The notes beneath the pieces were generated by a model that was not told where the DNA came from, searched no databases, and saw only the letters and a list, made by a program, of their open reading frames with translations. 64,000 nt of DNA from an uncultured Candidatus Saccharibacteria bacterium (GTDB lineage: Bacteria; Patescibacteriota; Saccharimonadia; Saccharimonadales; Saccharimonadaceae), in the NCBI GenBank assembly GCA_937981355.1, contig CALJPD010000019.1, positions 1,829-65,828 of the forward strand. The letters run 5' to 3'. Within the stretch, counting starts at the first letter, position 1. Each line of letters opens with the position of its first letter. Of the stretch, positions 7,999 to 18,348 are shown in pieces. The translations under genes were made by a program, and so were the position numbers.

Positions 7999-10308
7999 AT
8001 GATGGCTCAATCATACTCCACCGCTCGTCTCTTCTCGACATATTGGCGATATATCTTTGCTGGTGTTTTGTGTGTGAGTTTATTTGCTGCGACTATCCTC
8101 TCTCACCCAGCCCAAGCAGTAACGGCAGCCGATTGGCGAGCAGGCAATATCGTTGATGATTTGCTCTTTACCAATAGCGACGATATGTCAGTGGCAGATA
8201 TTCAGGCGTTTCTCAATAGCCTCAACCCACAATGCGACACCTATGGCCGGCAGCCTGCTGCCGAACACGGCCGGCGCGATATCAGCCGAGCACAGTATGC
8301 CGCCGCTCGAGGTTGGCATGGGCCACCATATGTCTGCCTCAAGGACTATTATGAAGTGCCTAAATACACACCGGGCAATTACATCCCTGCCAATAACTTC
8401 AGTGGAACGATCCCCGCTGGAGCAGTCAGTGCCGCGCAGATTATCTATGATGCTGCCAAGCAGAACAATCTCAACCCTAAAGTCCTGCTGGTGAAAATCG
8501 CCACCGAGTCAGCTGGCCCGCTCACCTCTGACACTTGGCCACTTCAAAACCAATACACCTATGCCATGGGTTCGCACTGCCCCGATAGTGGTCCGGGTGG
8601 CAGTGCTAATTGCGATCGCAACTATGCTGGCTTCTCGATGCAAGTTGCCTCAGGAGCACAGCTCATCCGTTGGTATCTGGATAGTATGCAGCAACCGTGG
8701 TGGTCGTACAAAAAACCGTTTGCGACCAATCGTATCCTGTGGAATGTGGTGCAGCGAGGCTGCGGCGCTGGCGATGTGTATATCGAGAGCAAGGCCACAG
8801 CGGCGCTCTACACCTACACACCATACCAGCCCAACCAAGCAGCCCTGGCTAATATGTATGGCTTAGGCGATCATTGCAGCGCCTATGGCAACCGCAACTT
8901 TTGGCGCGTGTGGAACGACTGGTTTGGCTCGACCCAGCATAGCCGGCCACTTATCAGCTTCCGATCGCACAGCAGCTACATCGGCTGGACAGGGGTAATT
9001 CATAACCGTGGCATTACAGGCGTCACTGGTCAAAGCAAGGCAATGCAAGCTCTCACGATCGATGGTGAGGTAACTTATACCTCATACAGCAACGAGCGCG
9101 GTTGGCAGCCCACTGTACAGGGTAGTATGCAATCGGGTACAACAGGGCTTGGCCGGCCAATCACCGCCGTCAAAATCCAGCCAACTGGTACTCTCGCCCA
9201 GGCGTACGACATCTACTATCGCGCCCACGTGAGCTACATTGGCTGGATGGGCTGGGCTAAGAATGGTGAAGTGGCTGGTGTGACTGGCGGAGCTAACAAT
9301 GCTATCGAAGCGATCGAAATAAAGCTTGTGCGCAAAGGAACGCCTGCGCCTGGGTCATCTGGAATAGCGTATAAAAATATTGCAACACATGGCGACCCAT
9401 CACCCCTTAGACTCTCACTCAATTCACATGTTGGTATGGTTGGCTGGCAGCCAGAAGTGCGCGATGAGATGATGAGTGGTACCACTGGCCAAAGCCGCCG
9501 TATCGAAGCCATCAAAGCATCGCTCCACAACACAACGGGTCTGCCAGGCAGTATCCAATATTCATCACATGTTAGCTACGTCGGCTGGCAAGATTGGAAG
9601 CAAGCGGGCGACGTATCCGGCACCACAGGGCAGTTCCGCTCCATCGAGGCAGTCCGCTTCTTACTCACTGGCAAACTTGCCACTACATACGACATCTGGT
9701 ACCGAGGTTACTCGCAATACGTCGGCTGGATGGGCTGGGCTAAGAATGGCCAACCAGCTGGTTCGACCGGTGCCTACCGACAACTCGAAGCACTAGAGGT
9801 GCGCCTTGTGCCGAAGCATACACTAAGCCTACCTGGCGGTGCCTTTTATAACCCAACCAATACTGCTGTGCCCGATCTCTATCAACTGAGCTACGCTGCC
9901 CACGTAGGCTATATCGGCTGGATGCCCGATGTGTCACACCCTATCATGGCTGGCACCACTGGCAAATCACGCTACCTCGAGGCAATCCGTCTTGGCAAAG
10001 CCGTATCGCTGCGCGATGGTTCACCCATTACCATCCAGTGCGAAGTAAAAACTGCTGGCCAGTGGCTCCCACCAGTCACTCTCTCACCATCGCAGCCCTG
10101 TGGCACGACTGGCCAGCGCAAAGCACTCGAAAGCCTTAAGTTTAGCCTCAGCCCCACCGACACCGCTCGCTACGATATTTATTACAACACTCACCTCTCC
10201 TGGGTAGGTTGGCAGGGCTGGAAAAAGAATGGCGAAGTAGCTGGCGACCGGCCCAGCTCACACGTCGAAGCAGTGATGATTAAGCTCGTCGAGAAGAGTA
10301 ACGAGTGA
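7999..10308 (+). CDS. Secreted ChW-repeat (clostridial hydrophobic W) protein with an N-terminal domain of unknown function
   Basis: Signal peptide, then an approximately 300-aa cysteine-containing domain, then about 9 tandem repeats of about 50 aa with the pattern (H/Y)VxxxGW...G..GTTG.SxR(I/L)EA(I/V). This matches the ChW consensus. Confidence 0.7.
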   Translation: MMAQSYSTARLFSTYWRYIFAGVLCVSLFAATILSHPAQAVTAADWRAGNIVDDLLFTNSDDMSVADIQAFLNSLNPQCDTYGRQPAAEHGRRDISRAQYAAARGWHGPPYVCLKDYYEVPKYTPGNYIPANNFSGTIPAGAVSAAQIIYDAAKQNNLNPKVLLVKIATESAGPLTSDTWPLQNQYTYAMGSHCPDSGPGGSANCDRNYAGFSMQVASGAQLIRWYLDSMQQPWWSYKKPFATNRILWNVVQRGCGAGDVYIESKATAALYTYTPYQPNQAALANMYGLGDHCSAYGNRNFWRVWNDWFGSTQHSRPLISFRSHSSYIGWTGVIHNRGITGVTGQSKAMQALTIDGEVTYTSYSNERGWQPTVQGSMQSGTTGLGRPITAVKIQPTGTLAQAYDIYYRAHVSYIGWMGWAKNGEVAGVTGGANNAIEAIEIKLVRKGTPAPGSSGIAYKNIATHGDPSPLRLSLNSHVGMVGWQPEVRDEMMSGTTGQSRRIEAIKASLHNTTGLPGSIQYSSHVSYVGWQDWKQAGDVSGTTGQFRSIEAVRFLLTGKLATTYDIWYRGYSQYVGWMGWAKNGQPAGSTGAYRQLEALEVRLVPKHTLSLPGGAFYNPTNTAVPDLYQLSYAAHVGYIGWMPDVSHPIMAGTTGKSRYLEAIRLGKAVSLRDGSPITIQCEVKTAGQWLPPVTLSPSQPCGTTGQRKALESLKFSLSPTDTARYDIYYNTHLSWVGWQGWKKNGEVAGDRPSSHVEAVMIKLVEKSNE

Positions 10309-10320
10309 TCAACATATAAA

Positions 10321-10350
10321 ACACTCCTCCCATATTTGTGGGAGGAGTGT
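10321..10350. terminator. Intrinsic terminator hairpin between convergent genes (bidirectional-type)
   Basis: Perfect 12-bp stem ACACTCCTCCCA/TGGGAGGAGTGT with loop TATTTG. The minus-strand transcript is followed by UUUAUAUGUU. Confidence 0.5.
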
Positions 10351-10375
10351 CATACACTATAACAAGACAACAACT

Positions 10376-12592
10376 TTATTCGTAAATCGCCGCCACTTTC
10401 TCTTCAATATTCTTCCATTGATAGTCGTTGGCTGTTTGGCGGCCACCAGCGATGAGTTTGTCGCGTAGTGCTTTGTCTGCCACCAGGCGCTCCACCGCCG
10501 CGACACCAGCCGCTATATCACCCTGCTGGTAGAGGAGACAGTTCTCACCATCCTTGAGGTACTCAACATTACCGCCATTGGGCACCACCACTGCGAGGCC
10601 ACCAGTTGCCATCATCTCAAGTGGTGGATAGGAGAAGCTCTCGAGTATGCTCGTTTTGATGAGAATGTCACAGCTGGCGTATACTTCGCCAACCTTCTCA
10701 GGTGCAATGCGATTGTAGAATGTATCGACGCGGTACCAGTCCTTGGGTTCTTTGCGGTACGATAGGTACGAAACTTCATACTTCGCAGGGTCGAGCTGGT
10801 TGATGATGCGGAAGGCTTCGTCGGTATTCTTATACTCGCTCTTACTATCGCCCTCAACGAGGATTTTTATCTTGCGACCACTGTCAAAGTCGCGCTCGCG
10901 GTATGGATAATACTCGATATCGATGCCGTTCGAGACATACTTCGCATCCTTGCCAAACATATCTTTGAGCCACTTCTGGCACCAGAGCGACATTGTTACA
11001 TAGCGCACACCCGACTGGTCACAGTACGATGCATTGGCCGCGAAGCGTGGCCCACCCGTGCCGGGGATATAAAAATCAGTCTCGAAGTTCTGGACGAAGT
11101 AAAGCCGGTTGCGCACATTGGGATGTTTCTTGATGATCTCCACCGTCGACCACAGCGTCGCCACTTGCGTGTCAAAGAAGGCCTCTATCTTCGTCTTATG
11201 CGCTGTAATAACATTAAAACCTGGCAATTCAGAGCGGTATTGGTAGGTCTTTTTAGCTTGCTTAAGGGCATGCTTACTCACTGAATCGATCAGCGTTACA
11301 TCCCAGCCTGCCTTGCGCAGAATATCGGCATGCTTGACGGCAACGATCACCCCACCCGAGATATCCGTCGAAGGCAAAACAAAGCCAATATTGCGCGCTA
11401 AGCGCTTCCGTATAAACGATGCAAGCGTGTAGCCAGTGTAGACCGTCGAATAATCATTGGTGGCAATCTTGTGTGCATTTTCACCCAGCTGAGTGCGCAG
11501 TGTTTCGTCGGTAATGAGACGATCGAGCGCTGCATACCAATCGTTATCCGCGCCAACCAAGAGGCCCGTCTCGCCGTCCTTAACTTGCTCAGCAAAGGCC
11601 CCCACCTGACTCGCCACCGTCGGTACCTTGACGAGGCCAGCCTCAAGCCATTTGTTTTCGGACTTCGCACGGTTAAAGATTGTATCAACTAGTGGTGCAA
11701 GAATAATATCGCAGTCCACCATCACCTTAGGTAGTTCACGCCAATCGACAAAACCCGAGGTCATCACTCGCTCTTTATACGGCTCAAGCGCAGCCGGTAC
11801 ATCGAGAATACCAGCAATCTTGAGGTGGAGCTGTGGATACGCATCGAACAGCCGAATCAAGTCTGGAATCACCAGCTCAAAGTCCTCATTGTGTGTAATA
11901 CTCCCACTAAAGTACCCGATGATCAGCTTATTCTCATCCTTCTCGATGATACCTTCCTTAAGGTCTTCCAGCGCCATGTTAGACGTCTTGATCATCTCAT
12001 CAGAGGCAGCATTGCGGTTAATCAGTACATCACCGGTAGTGTACTTCTGTAGCTCATCGCGCAGTTGCGTTGTAGTCGTCACAACGTGATCACAAAGCTT
12101 AAGTGTCTCACGCATGCGATTCACCCCATCGTCGTAGAGCTGCTTATCGGCCTGGTTCATCTGCTGGACGTACTTGATACCATCGGTGTACGTTTGATCT
12201 ATGACAAGATCATCGATATCAAAAAAGCAGGTCTTGTTGAAGAACTTTGCTTGCTTGATAAACTCCCGCACCGTCTCTGTCACTGGGCAACGAAAGAAGA
12301 CGAAGCCACGATAATACTTGAGGTCATCCAGCGAGAGTCGATCATAAAACACACTCTCCACCGTTAGCCCCTGCGACATCAACTGCTCCATCTGGTGTGC
12401 CACGCGATAGCGCTCGGGGTGCGGCAGGGTGCAGCCGTTGATAAAGAGGATATCCTTGTAATACTTCTGTTTGCGCTCGGGAAACTTGCGATAGTAGGCA
12501 TACTTCGTGGCGCGCTTACCAAAGCCAATCATTCCATCGTCTTTGATAATCTTCATGCTTTTCTTGGCGGCTTTGTGTACTTTACCGATCAT
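10376..12592 (-). CDS. Two-domain (tandem GT-B, GT4-like) glycosyltransferase
   Basis: 738 aa. Two GT-B C-terminal-lobe signatures: ...ETGLLVGADNDWYAALDRL... and ...GGLAVVVPNGGNVEYLKDGENCLLYQQGD... The start overlaps the upstream GT2 stop as ATGA. Confidence 0.65.
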   Translation of the reverse strand: MIGKVHKAAKKSMKIIKDDGMIGFGKRATKYAYYRKFPERKQKYYKDILFINGCTLPHPERYRVAHQMEQLMSQGLTVESVFYDRLSLDDLKYYRGFVFFRCPVTETVREFIKQAKFFNKTCFFDIDDLVIDQTYTDGIKYVQQMNQADKQLYDDGVNRMRETLKLCDHVVTTTTQLRDELQKYTTGDVLINRNAASDEMIKTSNMALEDLKEGIIEKDENKLIIGYFSGSITHNEDFELVIPDLIRLFDAYPQLHLKIAGILDVPAALEPYKERVMTSGFVDWRELPKVMVDCDIILAPLVDTIFNRAKSENKWLEAGLVKVPTVASQVGAFAEQVKDGETGLLVGADNDWYAALDRLITDETLRTQLGENAHKIATNDYSTVYTGYTLASFIRKRLARNIGFVLPSTDISGGVIVAVKHADILRKAGWDVTLIDSVSKHALKQAKKTYQYRSELPGFNVITAHKTKIEAFFDTQVATLWSTVEIIKKHPNVRNRLYFVQNFETDFYIPGTGGPRFAANASYCDQSGVRYVTMSLWCQKWLKDMFGKDAKYVSNGIDIEYYPYRERDFDSGRKIKILVEGDSKSEYKNTDEAFRIINQLDPAKYEVSYLSYRKEPKDWYRVDTFYNRIAPEKVGEVYASCDILIKTSILESFSYPPLEMMATGGLAVVVPNGGNVEYLKDGENCLLYQQGDIAAGVAAVERLVADKALRDKLIAGGRQTANDYQWKNIEEKVAAIYE

Positions 12593-14004
12593 ACGTCCTC
12601 CTCTGGCGTTACGTGCGGGTTATATAGTGTGTTGTATCCTTTACCACAGAGTGCAGCAGTTATCTGAGCACTGGTAAGCGGTGTATCTGGCGCAAGAGCG
12701 GCAAGTTTGGTACGCGCCACCACCACTGTTGGTGCGTCGATAATACCAAGATTGTAGCGGGCTGTCAAGTAGATATGTTTGGTAAATGAGCGCCGGCTGA
12801 GCTGCTGAAGCAGACCTACCACCGATGGCTGCAAAATCGACGATAAATTTGCAATCACCTGCCGCTCATCAGTAATACGCGGTACCACTGCACCGATCAT
12901 TGGGCGAGCGGCATCGGTAGCGAGGTGCTGCAGCATGGCAGCGGACAGCGCATTATGCTGCGTTAGGCATATCATCTCGGCAGTGGTTGCCTCAAGCAGC
13001 TGACCAACGGTGGTCGACTCATCAAATGACGCGGTGTCAGTGCTATATGCTTGGCCTAAGCTATAGCTCATCTGCCACTGAGCGCCATACTGCGGGTCGC
13101 GCTCCACCTGGGTCTGCACCTGGCGAGCGGTGCTATCCGCTTCGAGAGCGCGGCGCTGCGCATCGATGACGTAAGGCTTAGCATCAAGGTCTTTCGCTGT
13201 AGAAGCTTGGTGAACACGCCAATAGTAGAGGATCTGCGGCACATGAGCAATCTGCTCGGGCTGCAAAGCCCGCGTCAGGCGCAAGAACAGCTCCCAATCC
13301 TGCGTGCCATTATACGCTCCATCTTCACCGCCAACCTCTGTGAGTAACTGGCGTGACATAACGGCAAAGTGTGTGATGTAATTCACCGCACGCAAAAAAT
13401 CTGCGTTCCAATCGGGCTTGAAAAATGGCTGATACGGCCGGCCATGTTCATCCATCTTCGTCTCATCGGTGTAGACAAACTGCGCGCCAGTACGGTCGAT
13501 CGCGACCGCAACCCACAGAAGCGCATCGGGGTGGAGAGTATCATCATGGTCAAGCAGCGCAATGTATTCGCCCGTAGCCTGTGCGATGCCATAGTTGGTT
13601 GCACCAGCAATGTGACGGTTCTTATCCAAAAAGAATGGCTTGAGCTGCGGTATGTCCTCAGCTAAGTCACGGATCGCCTGACGAGTAGTCTCATTGGTTG
13701 AGGCGTCGTCAACAAGGATAAGCTCCCAGTGCGGGTACGACTGCACCACCACCGACTGTACCATCTCTCGCAGGAATGGAATCGGCGTATTATACGTCGG
13801 TACGATGATGGAGATAAGCGGCTGCTTAGTAAGTGAGGCAAGTGCTGGCGACTGCTCAGTGTGCTGACGCTGCCATGCATCGTAGATGCGACGCTGGCGA
13901 TTATCGAGATGAGCCCGATACGGCGCTAGGAGGTAACGTACCGCGCGGTGGAGATGGCGATTGGCTTTGATAAGGTGCGTCAAACGATGTAATATATACG
14001 ACAT
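12589..14004 (-). CDS. Glycosyltransferase family 2
   Basis: LISIIVPTYNTPIPFLREMVQSVVVQSYPHWELILVDDASTNE is a canonical GT2 N-terminus. Confidence 0.75.
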   Translation of the reverse strand: MSYILHRLTHLIKANRHLHRAVRYLLAPYRAHLDNRQRRIYDAWQRQHTEQSPALASLTKQPLISIIVPTYNTPIPFLREMVQSVVVQSYPHWELILVDDASTNETTRQAIRDLAEDIPQLKPFFLDKNRHIAGATNYGIAQATGEYIALLDHDDTLHPDALLWVAVAIDRTGAQFVYTDETKMDEHGRPYQPFFKPDWNADFLRAVNYITHFAVMSRQLLTEVGGEDGAYNGTQDWELFLRLTRALQPEQIAHVPQILYYWRVHQASTAKDLDAKPYVIDAQRRALEADSTARQVQTQVERDPQYGAQWQMSYSLGQAYSTDTASFDESTTVGQLLEATTAEMICLTQHNALSAAMLQHLATDAARPMIGAVVPRITDERQVIANLSSILQPSVVGLLQQLSRRSFTKHIYLTARYNLGIIDAPTVVVARTKLAALAPDTPLTSAQITAALCGKGYNTLYNPHVTPEEDV

Positions 14005-14010
14005 TTCTCC

Positions 14011-15171
14011 CTATTTCCAGGTATGCTTGAGCTTGGTAACACCACCCCATCGGCCATGATCATAATCACGTTGCACCGAGAAGTGCGGCCCCTCCTCAGT
14101 AAAGGCGATCGTCTTCGTGTCGTCCGCCCCCATCAAGCCAGCCTTGATGAAGTAACTCCCCTCATTGAGGTTGAGCTGCACCGTGTAGGTCGCGCGATTC
14201 TTGTCAGTAATCTTCACCTTTTCTTGGTAGGTGTTAGGGCCATAGACATACTCACCATTCTCGCGGAAGATTGCCACACCAACGTGCTTGACCCCTGTTT
14301 GCTGCCACTCTAACTCCACCGTCATAGTTTCGTTATACTCATACACCGTCTGTTCGTTACCATCACTGCCGCGCAGTGTGATATCGAAGTCATCTGATAT
14401 TTGCTCGTCTAGCCCTTCTGACTCGTTGTAGCTCTTAATATTGCTCCGACTATAGGCGGCGGCGATGCGGTATGGCTTGCCGATCATCTTCACCTTCCCA
14501 TCCTCGATAAATACTGCCTTGTTGCAAAAGCGCTCTACCGCCGACATATCGTGCGTGACGAGGATAACGGTGCGCTTTTCGCGCTTGAGCTTATCGAAGT
14601 AGGCGTAGCATTTCTTTTGGAAGGCTTCGTCCCCCACTGCCAAGACTTCATCTAGCAGCAAGATATCAGCATGGGCACGGATGGCAATGGAGAAAGCCAG
14701 GCGCACTTGCATCCCGCTGGAATAATTCTTGAGCCGCTCCTCCATAAAGTCGTCCAGCTCGGCAAAGTCGACAATTTTGTCATACATTGCCTCCATCTCG
14801 TCATGACTAAAGCCGAGCAGTGCACCATTGAGAAAGACATTCTCACGACCAGTTAGCTCTGGGTTAAAGCCAACGCCCAGCTCGATAAACGGCACCAGCG
14901 AGCCACCCACCTCGACGCTTCCGCTATTGGGGGTGTAGATACCAGCGATTGTCTTGAGTAGCGTACTCTTACCTGAGCCATTGCGTCCGACAATACCAAA
15001 GAAATCTCCCTCGTTAATGGTAAAATCGATATCTTTAAGCGGGGTAAAGACCCGATACCCTTTGCGCCCCTTGAGGAGGTTAATGAGCTTTTGCTTAATG
15101 CCCGAACTTGCCTCTAGCGGGATCTTGAAGGACTTCGTGAGGTTATTGATAACAACGATTGGTTGCGCCAT
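14011..15171 (-). CDS. ABC transporter ATP-binding protein, Wzt/TagH-like glycan exporter with C-terminal extension
   Basis: Walker A GRNGSGKST, LSGGQ-like signature (YSSGMQVRL), Walker B ILLLDE, and an approximately 130-aa C-terminal domain as in Wzt/TagH. Confidence 0.8.
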   Translation of the reverse strand: MAQPIVVINNLTKSFKIPLEASSGIKQKLINLLKGRKGYRVFTPLKDIDFTINEGDFFGIVGRNGSGKSTLLKTIAGIYTPNSGSVEVGGSLVPFIELGVGFNPELTGRENVFLNGALLGFSHDEMEAMYDKIVDFAELDDFMEERLKNYSSGMQVRLAFSIAIRAHADILLLDEVLAVGDEAFQKKCYAYFDKLKREKRTVILVTHDMSAVERFCNKAVFIEDGKVKMIGKPYRIAAAYSRSNIKSYNESEGLDEQISDDFDITLRGSDGNEQTVYEYNETMTVELEWQQTGVKHVGVAIFRENGEYVYGPNTYQEKVKITDKNRATYTVQLNLNEGSYFIKAGLMGADDTKTIAFTEEGPHFSVQRDYDHGRWGGVTKLKHTWK

Positions 15172-15981
15172 CTAAATACTCTCCGCAAAATACTGTTGGT
15201 TGCGCCGGAAATAAAACACCGCCAACAGAATGATAATGATAATCGAAATAAATGGAATGAGCACCCACGGGAAAGAAACAAGATCGTAGAGCTGGATAGT
15301 CTGGGGTGTTACGAGCACTTGGCGGACGTCTTGGATGATCTGGGCTGCTGGGTTGAGCATAAGATATGGCGCAGCAGCTGGCATGCGCTCCATTACCATC
15401 TGCAAAGGATAAATAACCGGCGTGGCATAGAAGGCGGCCTGCATAAAGATCTCCCATAGGTAGCCAATATCGCGGTATTTCACATTAATCGTCGCAAGGA
15501 AAAATGCCACCGCCAAGGAAAGTACATAGAGCTCGAGGATGAGTGGAATAACCAACAATCCCTCAAGCGACCACTGTACGCCATTAACCAAACAAAAACC
15601 TAAAATCACTACCATGTTGATGGCAAGGTTGATAAAGGCCGAGATCGTACCTGAGATAACGATAATGTACTTGGGAAAGTTGATCTTGCGAATAAGGTCG
15701 CCGCGCGAGACGATCGACTGTAGCCCTTGCACCGTCGCCTCACTAAAGAAGTTCCATAGCACAATTCCCACTAAAAGATACACCGGATAGTGCTCGACTT
15801 GCTTACCAAGGCCGAGGAATTTATCGAACACGATATACAAAATAATAAACAAAAATATCGGCTTGAGGATTGACCACAAATAGCCCAGCACCGATCCCTG
15901 GTAGCGTAGCTTGAAGTCCGTTACGACTAACTCGCGCAGCAAGATGCGGTTTTTTCGTTGCAAAAGATTTGTTACTTTCAT
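15172..15981 (-). CDS. ABC-2 type permease, Wzm/TagG-like
   Basis: KLRYQGSVLGYLWSILKP is the ABC-2 permease N-terminal motif, followed by 6 TM helices. Its stop abuts the ATPase start. Start taken as MKVTNLL (alternative: 15996). Confidence 0.7.
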   Translation of the reverse strand: MKVTNLLQRKNRILLRELVVTDFKLRYQGSVLGYLWSILKPIFLFIILYIVFDKFLGLGKQVEHYPVYLLVGIVLWNFFSEATVQGLQSIVSRGDLIRKINFPKYIIVISGTISAFINLAINMVVILGFCLVNGVQWSLEGLLVIPLILELYVLSLAVAFFLATINVKYRDIGYLWEIFMQAAFYATPVIYPLQMVMERMPAAAPYLMLNPAAQIIQDVRQVLVTPQTIQLYDLVSFPWVLIPFISIIIIILLAVFYFRRNQQYFAESI

Positions 15982-16004
15982 AGTTTCTCTGGCCATTATA
16001 TAAT

Positions 16005-17030
16005 ATGACCGTGGTAAAAAACAATCTTGCAATCATAGTTCTTAACTGGAACGGCGCCGATGATGCCTTAGAATGCATCGACTCGTTGGCGCAGCAGACG
16101 CTGGTGCCGACCATTATCGTGGTCGATAACGACTCGCATGATGACTCGGTGGCACGCTTCCGCTCATATCAAGCTAAACACCCTGCGCTCAGTCTCGTCA
16201 TCATTGAGAATCAGCGCAACCTCGGCTTCGCCGGTGGTATTAACACAGGCCTGCGCTACGCACAGAAGCAGCAATTTCGCTTTGTTGGCGTGCTTAACCC
16301 CGACGCAGTTGCTAACACACACTGGTGCCAAGCCTTGGTGGACGAGCTGCGGGCTCATCCAGACTGTGGCATTGCCACTGGGCTACTGGCTCGCCGCGAT
16401 GGGACGACCATCGATAGCTCGGGCGACTTCTACACCACCTGGGGGTTGCCTGGCCCGCGCCACCGCGATGAGCCAATTAGCCACGCGCCAACAGAGGCCG
16501 GAGCAGTGTTTGGTGCAACGGGTGGTGGAGCAGTGTATCGCACGGCACTGTTCGACACTGTTGATCTTTTTGACGAAGCATTCTTTATGTATTACGAAGA
16601 TGTTGACCTCAGTTTTCGCACACAGCTGGCGGGCTGGACGGTGCGCTTCACGCCGCACGCCGTCGCATACCACAAGGTTGGTGCCAGCAGCAGTAAAGTC
16701 CCAGGGCTCGCGGTATACAATACCTTTAAGAACTTGCCGCTTATTTTTATCAAGAATGTGCCGGGGCGGCTGTTTTGGTCGATTGGGGCGCGCTTTTGCC
16801 TCACCTACTGGCTGATATTCTTGAGTGCACTGCGCCATGGCAATGGTTGGCCAGCACTGCGTGGTATGCTCGCCTCTGTTATTCGCCAGCCAGCGGCCTA
16901 TCGGCAGCGGTTTGCCATCCAGCGGCAGCGCAACGTATCGGTTGATTATATCCGTGGTATTATCCACAACGGGCCACTACCCAACCAGACAGGTCTACTC
17001 AAATTCCGGAAGTTTTTTACTGGTAAATAG
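16005..17030 (+). CDS. Glycosyltransferase family 2
   Basis: LAIIVLNWNGADDALECIDSLAQQTL...VVDNDS fits the GT2 fold. Confidence 0.75.
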   Translation: MTVVKNNLAIIVLNWNGADDALECIDSLAQQTLVPTIIVVDNDSHDDSVARFRSYQAKHPALSLVIIENQRNLGFAGGINTGLRYAQKQQFRFVGVLNPDAVANTHWCQALVDELRAHPDCGIATGLLARRDGTTIDSSGDFYTTWGLPGPRHRDEPISHAPTEAGAVFGATGGGAVYRTALFDTVDLFDEAFFMYYEDVDLSFRTQLAGWTVRFTPHAVAYHKVGASSSKVPGLAVYNTFKNLPLIFIKNVPGRLFWSIGARFCLTYWLIFLSALRHGNGWPALRGMLASVIRQPAAYRQRFAIQRQRNVSVDYIRGIIHNGPLPNQTGLLKFRKFFTGK

Positions 17031-17263
17031 CTCAGCTTGAGAGGACAGGTCAGCGCTAAAGAAGCGAATTTTAAAGGCCGGCTTTTGCATGATAATTGTA
17101 CCGAAAATGTTCCGGCCAGATTCTATATAGTGCTTCTCCGCCTACTAGGTTACTGGCCTCCAGATATTTTCTTGTACAATTATTCATACAAAAGTAGCGC
17201 ACCATACTCTACCAGTGCACAATTAACCTGCGTCTTATCACCCCTGTTACGCACGCAATCATT

Positions 17264-17291
17264 TTGCATATTCGCCATCTATGCGTACAAT
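17264..17291 (+). promoter_or_regulatory. Sigma70-like promoter TTGCAT-N16-TACAAT for sucCD (leaderless-type)
   Basis: -35 at 17264-17269 and -10 at 17286-17291. The ATG at 17299 is 7 nt after the -10. Confidence 0.35.
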
Positions 17292-17298
17292 AATACCT

Positions 17299-18348
17299 AT
17301 GCGTCTTCTTGAATACCAAGCCAAGCATTGCTTGGCCGAGGCTGGTGTGGCGGTGCCGCAGAGTGATATTATAGAATCTGCAACAGTGATGCCCACCGTC
17401 CCTATTGTCCTCAAATCACAAGTCCCGATCGGTGGCCGCGGCAAGGCAGGTGGTGTGGTGATTGTCCGCGAGCAATCCGCTGTTACACCAACCATTCAGC
17501 GTCTCTTTGCTCTCGATATCGGTGGCTACACCCCCACGAAGCTTCTTGCCGAGGAAGTTCTCTCCATCGCCCGCGAATGTTACATTTCGCTTACTATTAA
17601 CCGTGAGCAATCATCCATCGAGCTACTCGCCCACACCAGTGGTGGCATTGATGTGGAAGAACACGATCGTGCAGCGTTCTTTCGCCAGGCCATTACACCG
17701 CAAACAGTTCATACTGTAGCCGAAGCACTAGCGGAGTATCTGTCGCTGCCAGAGCAAGCCTTTACGCTTGAGGATATGGTGGCGAATTGTTTGCGTTGTT
17801 TTATTGACAACGATTGTCTATTACTCGAGATTAACCCACTCGTTGTAACAACAGATGGCCAGCTCATCGCTGGTGATGCAAAGATGACGATTGACGATGC
17901 AGCGCTGTTTCGCCACCCGCAGTGGCACGAAGCAGCCTTGGAGGATCATAATTTCGTCACGCTCGACTATAATGGGACGGTTGCGACGATTGCCAACGGC
18001 GCAGGTCTCGCAATGGCAACCGTCGATGCGGTGACTGCCCGCGGCGTGCAGCCAGCTAATTTTCTTGACATTGGTGGCACGGCAACTCCAGAGAAGATCC
18101 TGGCTAGCTTCGAGCAGATTACCCGTTTCCCTGCCGTGGCGCTCATCATTATTAATATCTTTGGTGGTATTGTGCGCTGCGACGACGTAGCAAGGGCCAT
18201 CATCAGTGCCAAGCAGCAGCTACCTGACCTCCCGCCACTCGCTGTCCGCCTAACAGGTAACCGCGAAGCCGAAGCCAAAACGCTCCTTGCCCGCGAGCAC
18301 ATTTCACTCTACGATAATCTCTCTCACATCCTGGAGGAGGCCGTATGA
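17299..18348 (+). CDS. sucC: Succinate--CoA ligase (ADP-forming) beta subunit
   Basis: MRLLEYQAKHCLAEAGVAVPQ matches the canonical SucC N-terminus (ATP-grasp). ATGA-coupled to sucD. Start chosen at the second M (17299). Confidence 0.8.
   Translation: MRLLEYQAKHCLAEAGVAVPQSDIIESATVMPTVPIVLKSQVPIGGRGKAGGVVIVREQSAVTPTIQRLFALDIGGYTPTKLLAEEVLSIARECYISLTINREQSSIELLAHTSGGIDVEEHDRAAFFRQAITPQTVHTVAEALAEYLSLPEQAFTLEDMVANCLRCFIDNDCLLLEINPLVVTTDGQLIAGDAKMTIDDAALFRHPQWHEAALEDHNFVTLDYNGTVATIANGAGLAMATVDAVTARGVQPANFLDIGGTATPEKILASFEQITRFPAVALIIINIFGGIVRCDDVARAIISAKQQLPDLPPLAVRLTGNREAEAKTLLAREHISLYDNLSHILEEAV

Noticed and set aside
16138-16967. 225-aa plus-strand and 194-aa minus-strand ORFs inside the GT2 gene at 16005-17030
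   Set aside because: They are alternative-frame or antisense ORFs with Arg/Ala/Ser-rich biased composition, typical of out-of-frame translation of a GC-rich coding region. The GT2 frame has clear family motifs.
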